NCBI GenBank assembly: GCA_964497315.1 | Contig: CAZCCH010000004.1 | Span: 18,307 to 82,306, forward strand | DNA: 64,000 bases | Direction of reading: 5' to 3' | From: an uncultured Planctomycetia bacterium | Lineage (GTDB): Bacteria > Omnitrophota > Gorgyraeia > Taenaricolales > CAZCCH01 | Part shown: in pieces, positions 38,975-49,214 of the stretch | Position numbering within the stretch: the first letter of the stretch is position 1 | Layout: the number at the start of each line of letters is the position of its first letter | Program-made: the position numbers and the translations under genes | The notes under the pieces: model-generated | What the model saw: only the letters and a program-made list of their open reading frames with translations | What the model was told of the DNA's origin: nothing | Database searches by the model: none

Positions 38975-40078
38975 TCAAATGGCTGATTTAAAAATATCCA
39001 GCATACGCTCTGCAGTTTTTTCCCAGGTAAACTCTCCAGCCCTCCTACGTCCTTTTTCTATCAATTGTTCCCTTAGGTCCTTGTCTACCAAAATGCATTC
39101 TATTGCATCAGCTATCTCGCTTGGTTTGTATGGATTAATTAGATAGGCAGCATCTCCTGCAATTTCAGGTAGACAAGACGCATTTGAACAAATAACTGGC
39201 AAGCTACAACTGAATGCTTCCAGTATAGGTAATCCTGCGCCTTCGTAAAAAGAAGGATAAATAAACATATCTGCCAAACAATAAAAAATCCCTACTTGAT
39301 CCCTAGGCACATACCCGGTGAAGATTACATCTTTAGCCAGACCACGTCTTTTCACAAAGGCAAAAACCTCATCATGCATCCAGCCCTTCATACCTACAAT
39401 CACAAGCTTATGCCTATTGGTCTTATTGTGCGACTTAAACAAAATGAATGCTTCAAGAAGGCCCTTAATGTTCTTCCTCGGTTCTATCGTGCCTACATAA
39501 AGTATATAGTCACCGTCTATATTGTATTTTTTTCTAACTAAATCTAAAGAGGCCTTATCAGTCCTTGTAGAAAGACTAAGTATTTCATCAACTCCGGGAT
39601 ACACAACCTCTATTTTGTCAGCTGCAACAGGATAGTGTGTAAGCAGCTCTTTACGTGAATAGTCTGCATCGACAATTATTTTGCATGCGCGCTCTAAAAA
39701 AACCTCTAGGTCTCTGTCTAATCTATCTATCGTATCCTGCGTATGTCCTTCTGGAAAAACCTTAGGTATTATATCGTGTATTGTACCTATTAATTTGGTG
39801 CTCTCATGCGGGAGCAGGTCAAAACTAGAAGTATGGTATAAATCGCACTCTTTGCCAATGCGGTTGCTAATAGGTTTCAGGTGATACACCTTATGTTTAA
39901 AATTCTTACTAGGCAGACAAGGTAGTTTCTTATTAAAGTTAAAAAATTTAATATAGCTAAAAAGTTGATATCTATTTAGCTTATCAATTTCACCGAGGGC
40001 ATTTATTAAATTCAGAGTATAATAGCCAATCCCTGTTTTTCTCTTCAGCGTTGGCCTTATATCAACACATATCTGCAT
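38975..40078 (-). CDS. GT4 (GT-B, Glycos_transf_1) glycosyltransferase.
   Basis: The product is 367 aa. A conserved E..G.P..EA-type region (EGAGLPILEAFSCSLPVICS) is present in the C-terminal domain. Confidence 0.75.
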   Translation of the reverse strand: MQICVDIRPTLKRKTGIGYYTLNLINALGEIDKLNRYQLFSYIKFFNFNKKLPCLPSKNFKHKVYHLKPISNRIGKECDLYHTSSFDLLPHESTKLIGTIHDIIPKVFPEGHTQDTIDRLDRDLEVFLERACKIIVDADYSRKELLTHYPVAADKIEVVYPGVDEILSLSTRTDKASLDLVRKKYNIDGDYILYVGTIEPRKNIKGLLEAFILFKSHNKTNRHKLVIVGMKGWMHDEVFAFVKRRGLAKDVIFTGYVPRDQVGIFYCLADMFIYPSFYEGAGLPILEAFSCSLPVICSNASCLPEIAGDAAYLINPYKPSEIADAIECILVDKDLREQLIEKGRRRAGEFTWEKTAERMLDIFKSAI

Positions 40079-40082
40079 ATTA

Positions 40083-41867
40083 TTACTTGGATATAATCTC
40101 TGTCATCCATCTGCAGGTTACATTTGCCTTTTCGCAACTATATAAAATTTCAGCTCTTGCCTCTTCTGTTAAGGAAGAAATAGCTACAATGATCTCAGCA
40201 ATTTTATATTTATTGGTAAGCTTAGCTATATCCTGCCTGCTGCCCAATATAGGTATCCCATGTATTTTCTTGTCAAATTTAGTTGGGTTATCATCCAAGA
40301 AACCAATAGGCTTGAGATTTAACACTTTATTGCGGCGCAATTCTCTTAAGAGAAGCTCACCGGCGTCACCAGCACCCATTATAAAAACATCTTTTTTGCC
40401 TTCTTTGGAAAAATTAACGAATACCTCGCTAAAAATTCTTAAAACTACTCTTATGCCAGAAACTGCCACAAGTAAAATCAACCAGTCAATAAAAAACAAT
40501 GCCCTGGAATAGCCCTGGAATCTAAAAAGAAGCACCAATGTCATAACTGACAAAACAGAACTCACAGTAACAGCTTTAAAAATAGCAATAAGGTCATAAA
40601 GTCCTGCATACTTCCAAACTCCCCTGTACAATCCAAAACGGAAAAAGGTAATAAGCCTTATGATGATTATTATCGGCAATGAATCCACAATAAGTTTAAG
40701 ATTTATACTAGAGATAATACCTTCAAACCTCAAAAGATAGGCGGAAATATAAGATAAGCATATTATTATCAAATCTACAAAAAATTCCAAAATTCTGCGC
40801 TTGTAATAGACCATACCGCTTAAAATTATCTTGTTATTCTGTCTTCTATTATTGGTTTTAGGTTCTTCGGAATATGCCTTGACGTCACTTAGAAAAAGCC
40901 CAAAAAACAAAAGTAGAATAATGCCTGAAACAATTAAAACCAGGCTAATTGCCAAATTTAATACGCCCTGTAAGAGCACGAGGGCAGTAAAGGCTGCACT
41001 TACAGCATACAGAGTCAACACGGCTCTTCTTTCTGACATACCTAAAACTACTAATCTATGTGAGGTATGATCTCTGCCGCCCCTGTAAATAGATCGACCG
41101 TTAGAAGAACGTGTCAATGCAACAAAGATTGTATCAAACACAGGAACTGCCAATACTAAAACCGGGATGGCCAGAGTGATAAGCAAGTTTGAAATATCTC
41201 TTGAAGATCCAAGCGCCGCACATGATGCCAGCATAAAACCCAAAAACATAGAACCGCAGTCTCCCATAAATATCTTGGCAGGATAAAAATTGTACAATAG
41301 AAATCCAAGGTTTGAAGCTAGTAAAAGAGCCGCGCATAGCGCAATTATATAGTCTCCGTTAAATCCATAATATAAAAATAGACCTGCTGATGCTATGGTA
41401 GCTATTCCAGCACAAAGACCGTCCATATTGTCTAATATATTGACTGCGTTCATAACTATTACAAACCAAAAGATCGTTACCGGAATGTTTATTAAGGGGT
41501 TGGCAATGATTTTGAAACTCATTCCCATCAAAACCATAGTACAAGCTATTATTACCTGAGTGGCTATTTTGGAATATGGAGTAATGTGAAATATATCATC
41601 AAATAAACCTAACCCAAAAGACATAACAGCGCCTAGGAGGAATGCATAAAAAATGTTATTTTTATCAGGAGTGAACAAGGCAAATGGTATAATAAATGCA
41701 AAAAATATTGCAATGCCACCATACAGAGCTGTTGGATGTTTGTGCCACCTGTCTTCTTTGGGCAAAGATAAGAAATTACACCGTACAGCCCATAATCTTA
41801 CGGCGGGCGTCAATAATAGCGACAAAAAGAGACTAATGCTAAATGCCTGTAGATATTTTTCTATCAT
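40083..41867 (-). CDS. WecA/MraY-family polyprenyl-phosphate HexNAc-1-phosphate transferase fused to a C-terminal cytoplasmic Rossmann-like (CoA-binding-like) domain.
   Basis: The product is 594 aa. The N-terminal ~330 aa form a polytopic domain with NILDNMDGL, a D..D motif and the FMGDCGSMFLGF motif. The C-terminal ~130 aa carry VFIMGAGDAGELLLREL..GFLDDNP, resembling the N-domain of WbpM/PglF/WbaP. Confidence 0.75.
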   Translation of the reverse strand: MIEKYLQAFSISLFLSLLLTPAVRLWAVRCNFLSLPKEDRWHKHPTALYGGIAIFFAFIIPFALFTPDKNNIFYAFLLGAVMSFGLGLFDDIFHITPYSKIATQVIIACTMVLMGMSFKIIANPLINIPVTIFWFVIVMNAVNILDNMDGLCAGIATIASAGLFLYYGFNGDYIIALCAALLLASNLGFLLYNFYPAKIFMGDCGSMFLGFMLASCAALGSSRDISNLLITLAIPVLVLAVPVFDTIFVALTRSSNGRSIYRGGRDHTSHRLVVLGMSERRAVLTLYAVSAAFTALVLLQGVLNLAISLVLIVSGIILLLFFGLFLSDVKAYSEEPKTNNRRQNNKIILSGMVYYKRRILEFFVDLIIICLSYISAYLLRFEGIISSINLKLIVDSLPIIIIIRLITFFRFGLYRGVWKYAGLYDLIAIFKAVTVSSVLSVMTLVLLFRFQGYSRALFFIDWLILLVAVSGIRVVLRIFSEVFVNFSKEGKKDVFIMGAGDAGELLLRELRRNKVLNLKPIGFLDDNPTKFDKKIHGIPILGSRQDIAKLTNKYKIAEIIVAISSLTEEARAEILYSCEKANVTCRWMTEIISK

Positions 41868-42823
41868 CTTTTAAAATACTCAATTACTTTCATTGTAATC
41901 GCATCTAAATTTAAGGTTGGTTTATATCCGATGAGTCTTTTTATCTTATTAATATTAGGTGTGCGCCTCTGCATATCTTCAAAACCTATTCCGTAAGCTT
42001 TCTCATATGGTATATAAATAATTTCTGATTCGCTACTTGCCAACTTCTTTACCTTCTTGGCCAAATTCTTTATAGTAATCTCCTCTTCGCTGCCAATATT
42101 GAATACATCTCCAACTGCCTTAGGGTGTTCCATAAGTTTTATCACAGCACCTACTACATCTGATACATAGGTAAAACTTCTGCTTTGGTTGCCAGTCCCA
42201 TATACGGTAATGGGTTTATTTAAAAGTGCGCTCTGGACAAAATTCGGCAGGACCATGCCGTAGGCACCTGTCTGCCTGGGGCCTACTGTATTAAAAAATC
42301 TTGCCACTATCACAGGGAGTTTTTTCTCAATGTAGTATGCAAAGGCCAAAAATTCATCTAGGGTTTTAGAGCATGCATATGCCCATCTTCTTTTCCTGAC
42401 TGAACCCATAACTCTATTATCGTCTTCCTTCAAAGTATGCTGTAAGTGGTTTCCATAAATTTCTGAAGTAGAGGCAACAAGTACTTTCTTTTTGTATTTG
42501 TTGGCGAGCCTTAAGACAATTTCTGTACCGTTAACATTTGTCTCCAATGTTTCAATTGGCCTATCCATTATAAGCTTAACCCCAACAGCTGCTGCTAAAT
42601 GATAAATATGGCTACATTCGGAAACCAACCCTTCCATTAGCTTTTTATTCATTATTGTGTCTATATGATAAGAAAAATTCTTGTCTTTCATTAAGCTAGA
42701 AATATTATCTAAACTACCTGTAGATAAATTATCTACCGCAGAAACCTTGTGTCCGTTGGACAAAAGCCTTTCCGCTAAATGCGACCCGATAAAACCAGCT
42801 CCTCCCGTAATCAATATGTTCAT
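41864..42823 (-). CDS. NAD-dependent epimerase/dehydratase (extended SDR), UDP-glucuronate decarboxylase (UXS/ArnA-C)-like or UDP-sugar 4-epimerase.
   Basis: The product is 319 aa. It has MNILITGGAGFIGSHLAERLL and the catalytic YACSK. Confidence 0.75.
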   Translation of the reverse strand: MNILITGGAGFIGSHLAERLLSNGHKVSAVDNLSTGSLDNISSLMKDKNFSYHIDTIMNKKLMEGLVSECSHIYHLAAAVGVKLIMDRPIETLETNVNGTEIVLRLANKYKKKVLVASTSEIYGNHLQHTLKEDDNRVMGSVRKRRWAYACSKTLDEFLAFAYYIEKKLPVIVARFFNTVGPRQTGAYGMVLPNFVQSALLNKPITVYGTGNQSRSFTYVSDVVGAVIKLMEHPKAVGDVFNIGSEEEITIKNLAKKVKKLASSESEIIYIPYEKAYGIGFEDMQRRTPNINKIKRLIGYKPTLNLDAITMKVIEYFKR

Positions 42824-42825
42824 CT

Positions 42826-44001
42826 TTATGCAATCCCCTTTTCTTGTAATAATTTATTGTAAAGGTCTTCCATATTATTTATCAATTTATCCTTTGAAAA
42901 TTTATCTTTGACGATTTCACGACCGCGCATGCCAAAATCTATCCTTTTTTGTTCGTTGTTTAACAGCTCCTCAATGACTTTCGCAAACCCTTCAGAGTCT
43001 TCGGATTTCACTAAGATTGCTGTATTTCCATCTACAACAATATCTCTAGTGCCTCCCACATCAGTAGCTACTACAGGTTTGCCAGAGGCCTGGGCCTCTA
43101 TCAAACTTACTGGTGTTCCTTCATTAAGCGATGTTAGGCAAACTATATCTAAATCTGCATATATTACATCAAGGTCTCTTCTCCAACCCAAAAAGATTAC
43201 ATCATCAGCAAGGCCAATGGCCTTTGCGTATTCCTCCAGCTCCCTTCTCAGCTCACCGTCACCTACTATAATAAATTTGATTTTTAACTCTTCATTTCTA
43301 ATTTTCAATTCTCGTGCTGCGTCCAAGAACATCTTATGGCCCTTAATAGGCACTAAACGGCCTACTATACCTACTAAATAGCAATATTGTATTATATTTA
43401 GCTCATATCTTAGCTTGCCCTTGTGCTTCTCACATTTTAGGAACTTTTCTAAATCAAAACCCAAACGTATCACCTTGACTTTATCTGCAGGTGCAATTTT
43501 GTATTTGTTGCAAAGTTCTTCTTTTACTCTTTCTCCAACAGCGATTACTCTGTCAGTAAATCTGGCTAAAAATCTTTCTATCCAGATAAAACACTTTGTC
43601 TTTGCAGGGCTAAAATAACTATTGAATATATGCCCATGAAATGTGTGTACTTTCACTGGGACTCCTGCTAAAATTGCCGCACACCTACCCAATGTGCCTG
43701 CTTTAGCAGTATGGGTATGCACTATACAGGGTTTTTCCTTTTTAATCAAGTAAAATATCTTCCACAACCCCATAATGTCACCCAGCCACCTTATATCTCT
43801 GCCTAATCCTTCTATGACAACGGGGAAAATTTTTTCCTCGTGGGCAAGGTAAGAAATATCTCCCTCTTGTGAACCTATCTGCCCTGTAACTAAAACAGAT
43901 TCAAATTCCTTGCTTAATCCTTCTGTAAGCAAAATAGCATTTATGGCAGGACCTCCAATATTCAACCTTGCTATTATGCGCATTATCTTTATTGTCTTCA
44001 T
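42826..44001 (-). CDS. GT4 glycosyltransferase.
   Basis: The product is 391 aa. It has the typical GT4 opening MRIIARLNIGGPAINAI and a C-terminal EGTPVSLIEAQASGKPVVATDVGG. Confidence 0.75.
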   Translation of the reverse strand: MKTIKIMRIIARLNIGGPAINAILLTEGLSKEFESVLVTGQIGSQEGDISYLAHEEKIFPVVIEGLGRDIRWLGDIMGLWKIFYLIKKEKPCIVHTHTAKAGTLGRCAAILAGVPVKVHTFHGHIFNSYFSPAKTKCFIWIERFLARFTDRVIAVGERVKEELCNKYKIAPADKVKVIRLGFDLEKFLKCEKHKGKLRYELNIIQYCYLVGIVGRLVPIKGHKMFLDAARELKIRNEELKIKFIIVGDGELRRELEEYAKAIGLADDVIFLGWRRDLDVIYADLDIVCLTSLNEGTPVSLIEAQASGKPVVATDVGGTRDIVVDGNTAILVKSEDSEGFAKVIEELLNNEQKRIDFGMRGREIVKDKFSKDKLINNMEDLYNKLLQEKGIA

Positions 44002-45014
44002 ATGACAATATCATTCAGCTTTATCGCTAATCCGTTTTGCCTCAAGGATTCTTGTGCAGCTTCAATAATTTGTACCACCTTAAGGCCATTTATTCCATCG
44101 CTACGCGGCTTGGTGTCTTTACTAAGGCAATCTATAAAATGTTGACATTCTAGTCGTAAAGGTTCAATCATGTCCACGTGGGGTATTTTAACATCGCCAA
44201 ACCGTAATGCAAGATAATCTCCATATGTTTCAAAGTCTCTTTTTTCCACGCCTTTGTCATATATCTTTATTTTACTCGAGGTCTCCATATCATCAAATAC
44301 CACCATCTTTTTGCTGCCAACTATTGTGGTCTTTCGTACCTTATGGGGATCAAGCCAACTCAGCTGTACATGTGCCATTTTTCTATCTTTGTAGTGCAAA
44401 GAGGCAAAAACTACGTCTTCTACTCCTCTTTGAAGGTAAGATTGTCCCCGGGCACTTACATTGTCAGGTATTTCTCCTAGGAGATAATTAATTACAGATA
44501 TATCGTGTGGTGCGAGGCTCCAAAGTGCGTTCTCCTTCTGTCTAACTTGTCCCAAATTTACTCTTTGAGAATAAATATAATACACATCTCCTATTTGACC
44601 TGAAGCTATGAGGTCCTTAATCATTATTAGCGCAGGATGATAGAGCAACAAATGTCCTGTCATTAAAATACATCTTTTCTCTTTTGCAAGCTCAACTAGT
44701 TTATTAGCTTCTTTAGTGCTCAAGGCCAAGGGTTTCTCAACAAACAAATGCTTACCCGTCAAAATGCTATCTTTGGCTATTGTATAATGTGTTTCTGCAG
44801 GGGTGGAAATTACCAAGGCATCTACAGTTGAATCTTCTAAAATCTCCTCTAGTTTACAAGTAGATTTTATAGCAGGATAAGAAAACTCCACCCAAGAAGT
44901 CCTTTCCTTATCAATATCACAACAATACTTCACTTCACAGTCGCTAAGTCCAGTAAATATTCTTAGTAAGTTTTTACCCCAATTTCCTATACCAACACAG
45001 GCAATCTTTACCAT
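43998..45014 (-). CDS. Gfo/Idh/MocA-family nucleotide-sugar oxidoreductase, second paralogue.
   Basis: The product is 338 aa. It has KIACVGIGNWGKNLLRIF and shares the LAPHDIS block with the 35913 product. Confidence 0.8.
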   Translation of the reverse strand: MVKIACVGIGNWGKNLLRIFTGLSDCEVKYCCDIDKERTSWVEFSYPAIKSTCKLEEILEDSTVDALVISTPAETHYTIAKDSILTGKHLFVEKPLALSTKEANKLVELAKEKRCILMTGHLLLYHPALIMIKDLIASGQIGDVYYIYSQRVNLGQVRQKENALWSLAPHDISVINYLLGEIPDNVSARGQSYLQRGVEDVVFASLHYKDRKMAHVQLSWLDPHKVRKTTIVGSKKMVVFDDMETSSKIKIYDKGVEKRDFETYGDYLALRFGDVKIPHVDMIEPLRLECQHFIDCLSKDTKPRSDGINGLKVVQIIEAAQESLRQNGLAIKLNDIVI

Positions 45015-45018
45015 TCGG

Positions 45019-46962
45019 CTATATTCCCTTCGTCAATAAGTTCCTTCTCTTGTCTCTATCAATGAATATCCTGTGCCAAAGTTCGAGATTTAATAAACTC
45101 CATATCTTAGCACCATTATTAACCTTGCCGCTGACATGTACATCTAAAATTTCTTTTATCTTATCTTTCCTGAAATATCCTCGACTCATTGCCTTCGAAT
45201 CCAGTAAAACATCATACGCATAATCTTTTAGTTCGTCCCTAAACCATCTTCCAACCGGAACGCCAAAACCCAATTTTTCTCTTCTTAAGATACTGTCAGG
45301 TAATATTTTTTGGAAGGCTTTCTTTAGGATATATTTAGTAACAATACCTTTGATCTTTAGACGTGAAGGTAGTTGAGCGCTGAATTCCAAAAACTTATGA
45401 TCTAAAAATGGCGATCGCGCCTCAAGTGAATTAGCCATTGAGGTTATGTCTACCTTAGGCAACAAATCCCCAGGCATATAGGTCATTAAATCAACATAAA
45501 GTGTTGAATCTATTAAATCCTTTACGCCTGATTTCTGATATTCTTTCGATATAACTCGGGGCCTTTCATTTTTACCTATTTCTTCTCTTAAGCGATCGGA
45601 ATAAATTTCCATTCTTTTATTTTCACTAAAAATGGCCATGAGTTTTGAATATCTACTTTCTCTATTCAGATTGGATATACTTAAAAACCTTTTTATTCTG
45701 TTTATTTTATCCTTTTTATGCATTGATTCCGGTATATTTTTTATAATTTTTCCAAATAGGTTATTAGCAATGACTGATGGAATTCTATAATGTTCCGCCA
45801 TCAGATTAGCAACATAGCGCTCATACCCCCCGAAGGATTCATCTCCGCCATCACCATTTAAAGCCACGGTTACATCCTGACGTGTCATTTTGGAAAGATA
45901 GTATGTCGGAATAGCTGACGAATCTCCATATGGCTCGCCAAAGCGTGTAATTAGTTCTGGCAATACTTCTAATGCATTTGGCTTTACTATAAACTCTTTA
46001 TGCTCTGTGTTAAATTCTTTAGCAACTATTCTGGCAAACTTGGTCTCATCAAAAGTCTTACCTTCAAATCCTATCGAAAAAGTCTTTACCGGTTTATTCA
46101 TAAATTGAGCCATCAATGCCACGACAGAACTTGAGTCTACGCCCCCACTTAAAAAGGCCCCTAAGGGAACATCACTTATAAGCCTAATCCTTAAGGCTTC
46201 TTTAAATAAATCTAATGTCCTTTCACAATATTCATCTTTCTTCAAATTTAGTTTTTTTGAGTAATCCAATTTCCAGTATCTATTTAATTTTACTTCTCCA
46301 TTCTTCCACATTAAAAAATAAGCTGGAGGCAATTTCTTAATCTCTTTAAATATACTATGCGGTGCTGGAATATATTGATAATTTAAAAAATCGTCTATAC
46401 TAGCTAAATCAATATCTTTTCTTACGTTTCTATCCTGCAATAATGCGTTTATCTCAGATGCGAAAGTCAAATTACCGTTCTTGAAGGAATAAAATAGTGG
46501 TTTTTGCCCCACCCTGTCCCTGGCAAGCATAAGACTTTTTCTTTCTTGATCCCAGATCGCAAATGCAAACATCCCTCTTAAATATTTCAGGCAATCTGTA
46601 CTCCTGGACTCATAAAGATGTATGATAACTTCGGTATCTGTGTGCGATTTAAATTGATGCCCCTCCCTTACCAACATCTCACGAAGTTCCTGAAAATTAT
46701 ATATCTCACCATTCATTACTATCCAGATAGTCCCTTTTTCGTTACTCATTGGTTGATGGCCCGCAGAAGACAAATCAATAATACTTAATCTTCTATGTCC
46801 CAAACCAACCCTGCTTGCTAATGAATGGTCTCCGACCTCTGAAAGATAAATACCTTCATCATCGGGTCCTCTATGCGCCATAGCAGAAGACATTTTGCCT
46901 ATTAACTCTTCATTTACAATATTTTCAGTTCCTATATTAATTTTTCCGCATATACCGCACAT
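45019..46962 (-). CDS. Asparagine synthetase B-family glutamine amidotransferase (WbpS-like sugar-carboxylate amidotransferase candidate).
   Basis: The product is 647 aa. It starts MCGICGKI (Cys2 nucleophile) and has a PP-loop SGGVDSS. Confidence 0.85.
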   Translation of the reverse strand: MCGICGKINIGTENIVNEELIGKMSSAMAHRGPDDEGIYLSEVGDHSLASRVGLGHRRLSIIDLSSAGHQPMSNEKGTIWIVMNGEIYNFQELREMLVREGHQFKSHTDTEVIIHLYESRSTDCLKYLRGMFAFAIWDQERKSLMLARDRVGQKPLFYSFKNGNLTFASEINALLQDRNVRKDIDLASIDDFLNYQYIPAPHSIFKEIKKLPPAYFLMWKNGEVKLNRYWKLDYSKKLNLKKDEYCERTLDLFKEALRIRLISDVPLGAFLSGGVDSSSVVALMAQFMNKPVKTFSIGFEGKTFDETKFARIVAKEFNTEHKEFIVKPNALEVLPELITRFGEPYGDSSAIPTYYLSKMTRQDVTVALNGDGGDESFGGYERYVANLMAEHYRIPSVIANNLFGKIIKNIPESMHKKDKINRIKRFLSISNLNRESRYSKLMAIFSENKRMEIYSDRLREEIGKNERPRVISKEYQKSGVKDLIDSTLYVDLMTYMPGDLLPKVDITSMANSLEARSPFLDHKFLEFSAQLPSRLKIKGIVTKYILKKAFQKILPDSILRREKLGFGVPVGRWFRDELKDYAYDVLLDSKAMSRGYFRKDKIKEILDVHVSGKVNNGAKIWSLLNLELWHRIFIDRDKRRNLLTKGI

Positions 46963-46996
46963 TTATAAAATGACCTATTGTTTAAAAACCTTTTTT

Positions 46997-48442
46997 CTAT
47001 TTGCTTAGCAAGGTGTATTTAAAAAGCGACAAAAATCCTTTGAGGCTGGCGAAAAAATTGCCCAAATTTCGCATTCTTAACAGATGGTGAAATATTATTT
47101 TTGGCCGCATATAAAACCTTTTAAAAGCTAACCTGTTATATTTCACTAAAATATCCTCGGTTAAACCAAAAGGAATAAATGTCGGTTTTTTATGCATGTG
47201 TAGTTCTGACCATTCAAGATTTGAAGACCCGTATTTGTTAATCTCGCTATGAATTTGTGATCCTGGAAACGGTGCCAAATAATTTATTTTAAAATCATCC
47301 AATTCTAGTTTTAACGCAAAATTAACTGAATCCTGTAAATCTTTTTCTGTTTCTGTTGGAAGCCCCATCATAAAAAAACCTATCGTCTTAATACCCACCT
47401 TGCGAGTTAAGCTAACGGCGTTTTCAATCTGCTGTAAACTTATTTTTTTATTTATCGCATTAAGAACCTCTTGCGAACCACTTTCTATGCCATAGCGTAT
47501 TTGCCAGCATCCTGCTCTCTTCATTATCCGCAGAAGACCTTCATCTGCATCATCCACTCTCCCTAAGCACGACCATGAAATATCCAGTTTTTCCTTTAAA
47601 ATCCTGCTGCATACATTTTTAACGTGATTTTTATCTAACATAAACTCATCGTCATTAATACGTATGTCCCGAATTCCATATCTAAAAATTAGATCCTTCA
47701 TCATTTCAATAATATATTCAGGGCTGTGTTTTCTGTACCTATTGCCAAATACACTTCTATCGCAAAATGTACATTTAAAACTACAACCTCGAGACGTAAC
47801 CAAGGAAAACGAAGGAAATCTATTGACAGCATACCCCGTAGGTTTATAGTGTTTTCTTATATCAGGTAAAAGATTCCATGCTGGCATTGGTAAAGAATCC
47901 AAGTCCGAGATTAAATTGTTTCTCTCGGTTTGAAAAATATTTCCGTCACGCCTAAACACTATTCCTCTTATACTTGATAAGTCATTTCCATTTTCTAGGC
48001 TTTTAAGGAGTCTAATAATCGTGTCCTCGCCTTCTCCTATAATACCCACATCAAAACATTCGTATTTTGCAAAAGTTTGTTCTGGCTCAGCTGTTATGTG
48101 GCTACCGCCTATCAAAATCTTTAGACTTGGATTACTGTTTTTTAAAATGCTTGCCAGCTTAGCAGCATTATCGACAGCTAATGATACAGCAGTAAACCCA
48201 ACATAATCTGGCTTCTTGCTTGCAATAATATTGGCTGCTTCATTAAGAGATAAATTTAGAGCTGGCATATCTACTATTTCTGTAGCTAGACCTTCACTTT
48301 TCGTAATTGCAGCCAGATAGCATATACCTAAAAGGGCCTCGGTGCTACCCCCGCCAGCCAGCTCTCCATACAATTCCTCCTGGGATATTATAGGGCTTAC
48401 AAAAACTATTTTTGGTTTTTTAAAATTTCTTGAATTATCCAT
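46997..48442 (-). CDS. B12-binding-domain radical SAM enzyme.
   Basis: The product is 481 aa. It has a B12-like N-domain and SRGCSFKCTFC. Confidence 0.8.
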   Translation of the reverse strand: MDNSRNFKKPKIVFVSPIISQEELYGELAGGGSTEALLGICYLAAITKSEGLATEIVDMPALNLSLNEAANIIASKKPDYVGFTAVSLAVDNAAKLASILKNSNPSLKILIGGSHITAEPEQTFAKYECFDVGIIGEGEDTIIRLLKSLENGNDLSSIRGIVFRRDGNIFQTERNNLISDLDSLPMPAWNLLPDIRKHYKPTGYAVNRFPSFSLVTSRGCSFKCTFCDRSVFGNRYRKHSPEYIIEMMKDLIFRYGIRDIRINDDEFMLDKNHVKNVCSRILKEKLDISWSCLGRVDDADEGLLRIMKRAGCWQIRYGIESGSQEVLNAINKKISLQQIENAVSLTRKVGIKTIGFFMMGLPTETEKDLQDSVNFALKLELDDFKINYLAPFPGSQIHSEINKYGSSNLEWSELHMHKKPTFIPFGLTEDILVKYNRLAFKRFYMRPKIIFHHLLRMRNLGNFFASLKGFLSLFKYTLLSK

Positions 48443-48443
48443 G

Positions 48444-49211
48444 TTACTTTTTTTTGAAGCTGATCGTTACTCCCCAACTTTCATGTTTTATTATAGGAAT
48501 ATGCGAAAATATTGAATCAATAAATATCAATATCCGAGATACAATAGTGTTGAATGCAATGTATCGCATAACAGGAATAAAATCTGGTAGGCCACATAAA
48601 GGAAATGCTAAAAACCCAAATTTTTTCACCCTTACTTTCTCAAATCCATATTTTTTGAATTTATCAATAATTTTTTTTGTAAAAAATGACTTGTGATGGC
48701 CTGAAATCTTTCTCGATCGCCTCCTGTAATACCACCTAGGAAGACGCAATAGCCAAGAATCTGCACAAGGCTCTGAAATAACAAAAAAGCCACCGGGAAT
48801 GAGAATTCTATGCACCTCTTTAATTACGCTTTCGGTTCTTGCTGTGTGGTGCAATGACCCTCTGCACACAACTACCTCAATTGTATTATCTTTGATTGGC
48901 AAAGTTTCCATATCCATGTTAACTAGCTTGTGTTTTTGTCTTGCATTCATTAGCATATCTAAAGATAGGTCTAGCCCATAAATCCTTTTAAATCTATGAT
49001 TACTTGACAAAAAATTGAGTAAAATTCCAGTTCCACAGCCACAATCAATGGCAATTTCACAAAACTTTTTCGGAAGAAAACTAATAATCTCTTTATTCCA
49101 ATGTTCGTGGTAGATCTTTGAAAATTCCAGCTCTTCTCTTAACCGGTAATCACTGGTTAACCTTTTATGGGTCAATATTTCTTCTTTTTTCTCAATGCAC
49201 AATTTTTCCAT
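48444..49211 (-). CDS. Class I SAM-dependent methyltransferase.
   Basis: The product is 255 aa, with the motif I AIDCGCGTGILLNFL. Confidence 0.6.
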   Translation of the reverse strand: MEKLCIEKKEEILTHKRLTSDYRLREELEFSKIYHEHWNKEIISFLPKKFCEIAIDCGCGTGILLNFLSSNHRFKRIYGLDLSLDMLMNARQKHKLVNMDMETLPIKDNTIEVVVCRGSLHHTARTESVIKEVHRILIPGGFFVISEPCADSWLLRLPRWYYRRRSRKISGHHKSFFTKKIIDKFKKYGFEKVRVKKFGFLAFPLCGLPDFIPVMRYIAFNTIVSRILIFIDSIFSHIPIIKHESWGVTISFKKK

Positions 49212-49214
49212 CTT

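Noticed and set aside
41134-41544. Small minus-strand ORFs (41134..41337, 41359..41544; also 52051..52242, 53538..53750, 59066..59272) nested in alternative frames of larger minus-strand genes.
   Set aside because: They overlap the WecA-like, GT4-DUF218, GT4 and FemAB-like genes entirely in another frame. They have no RBS spacing or motif support, so they are not called.
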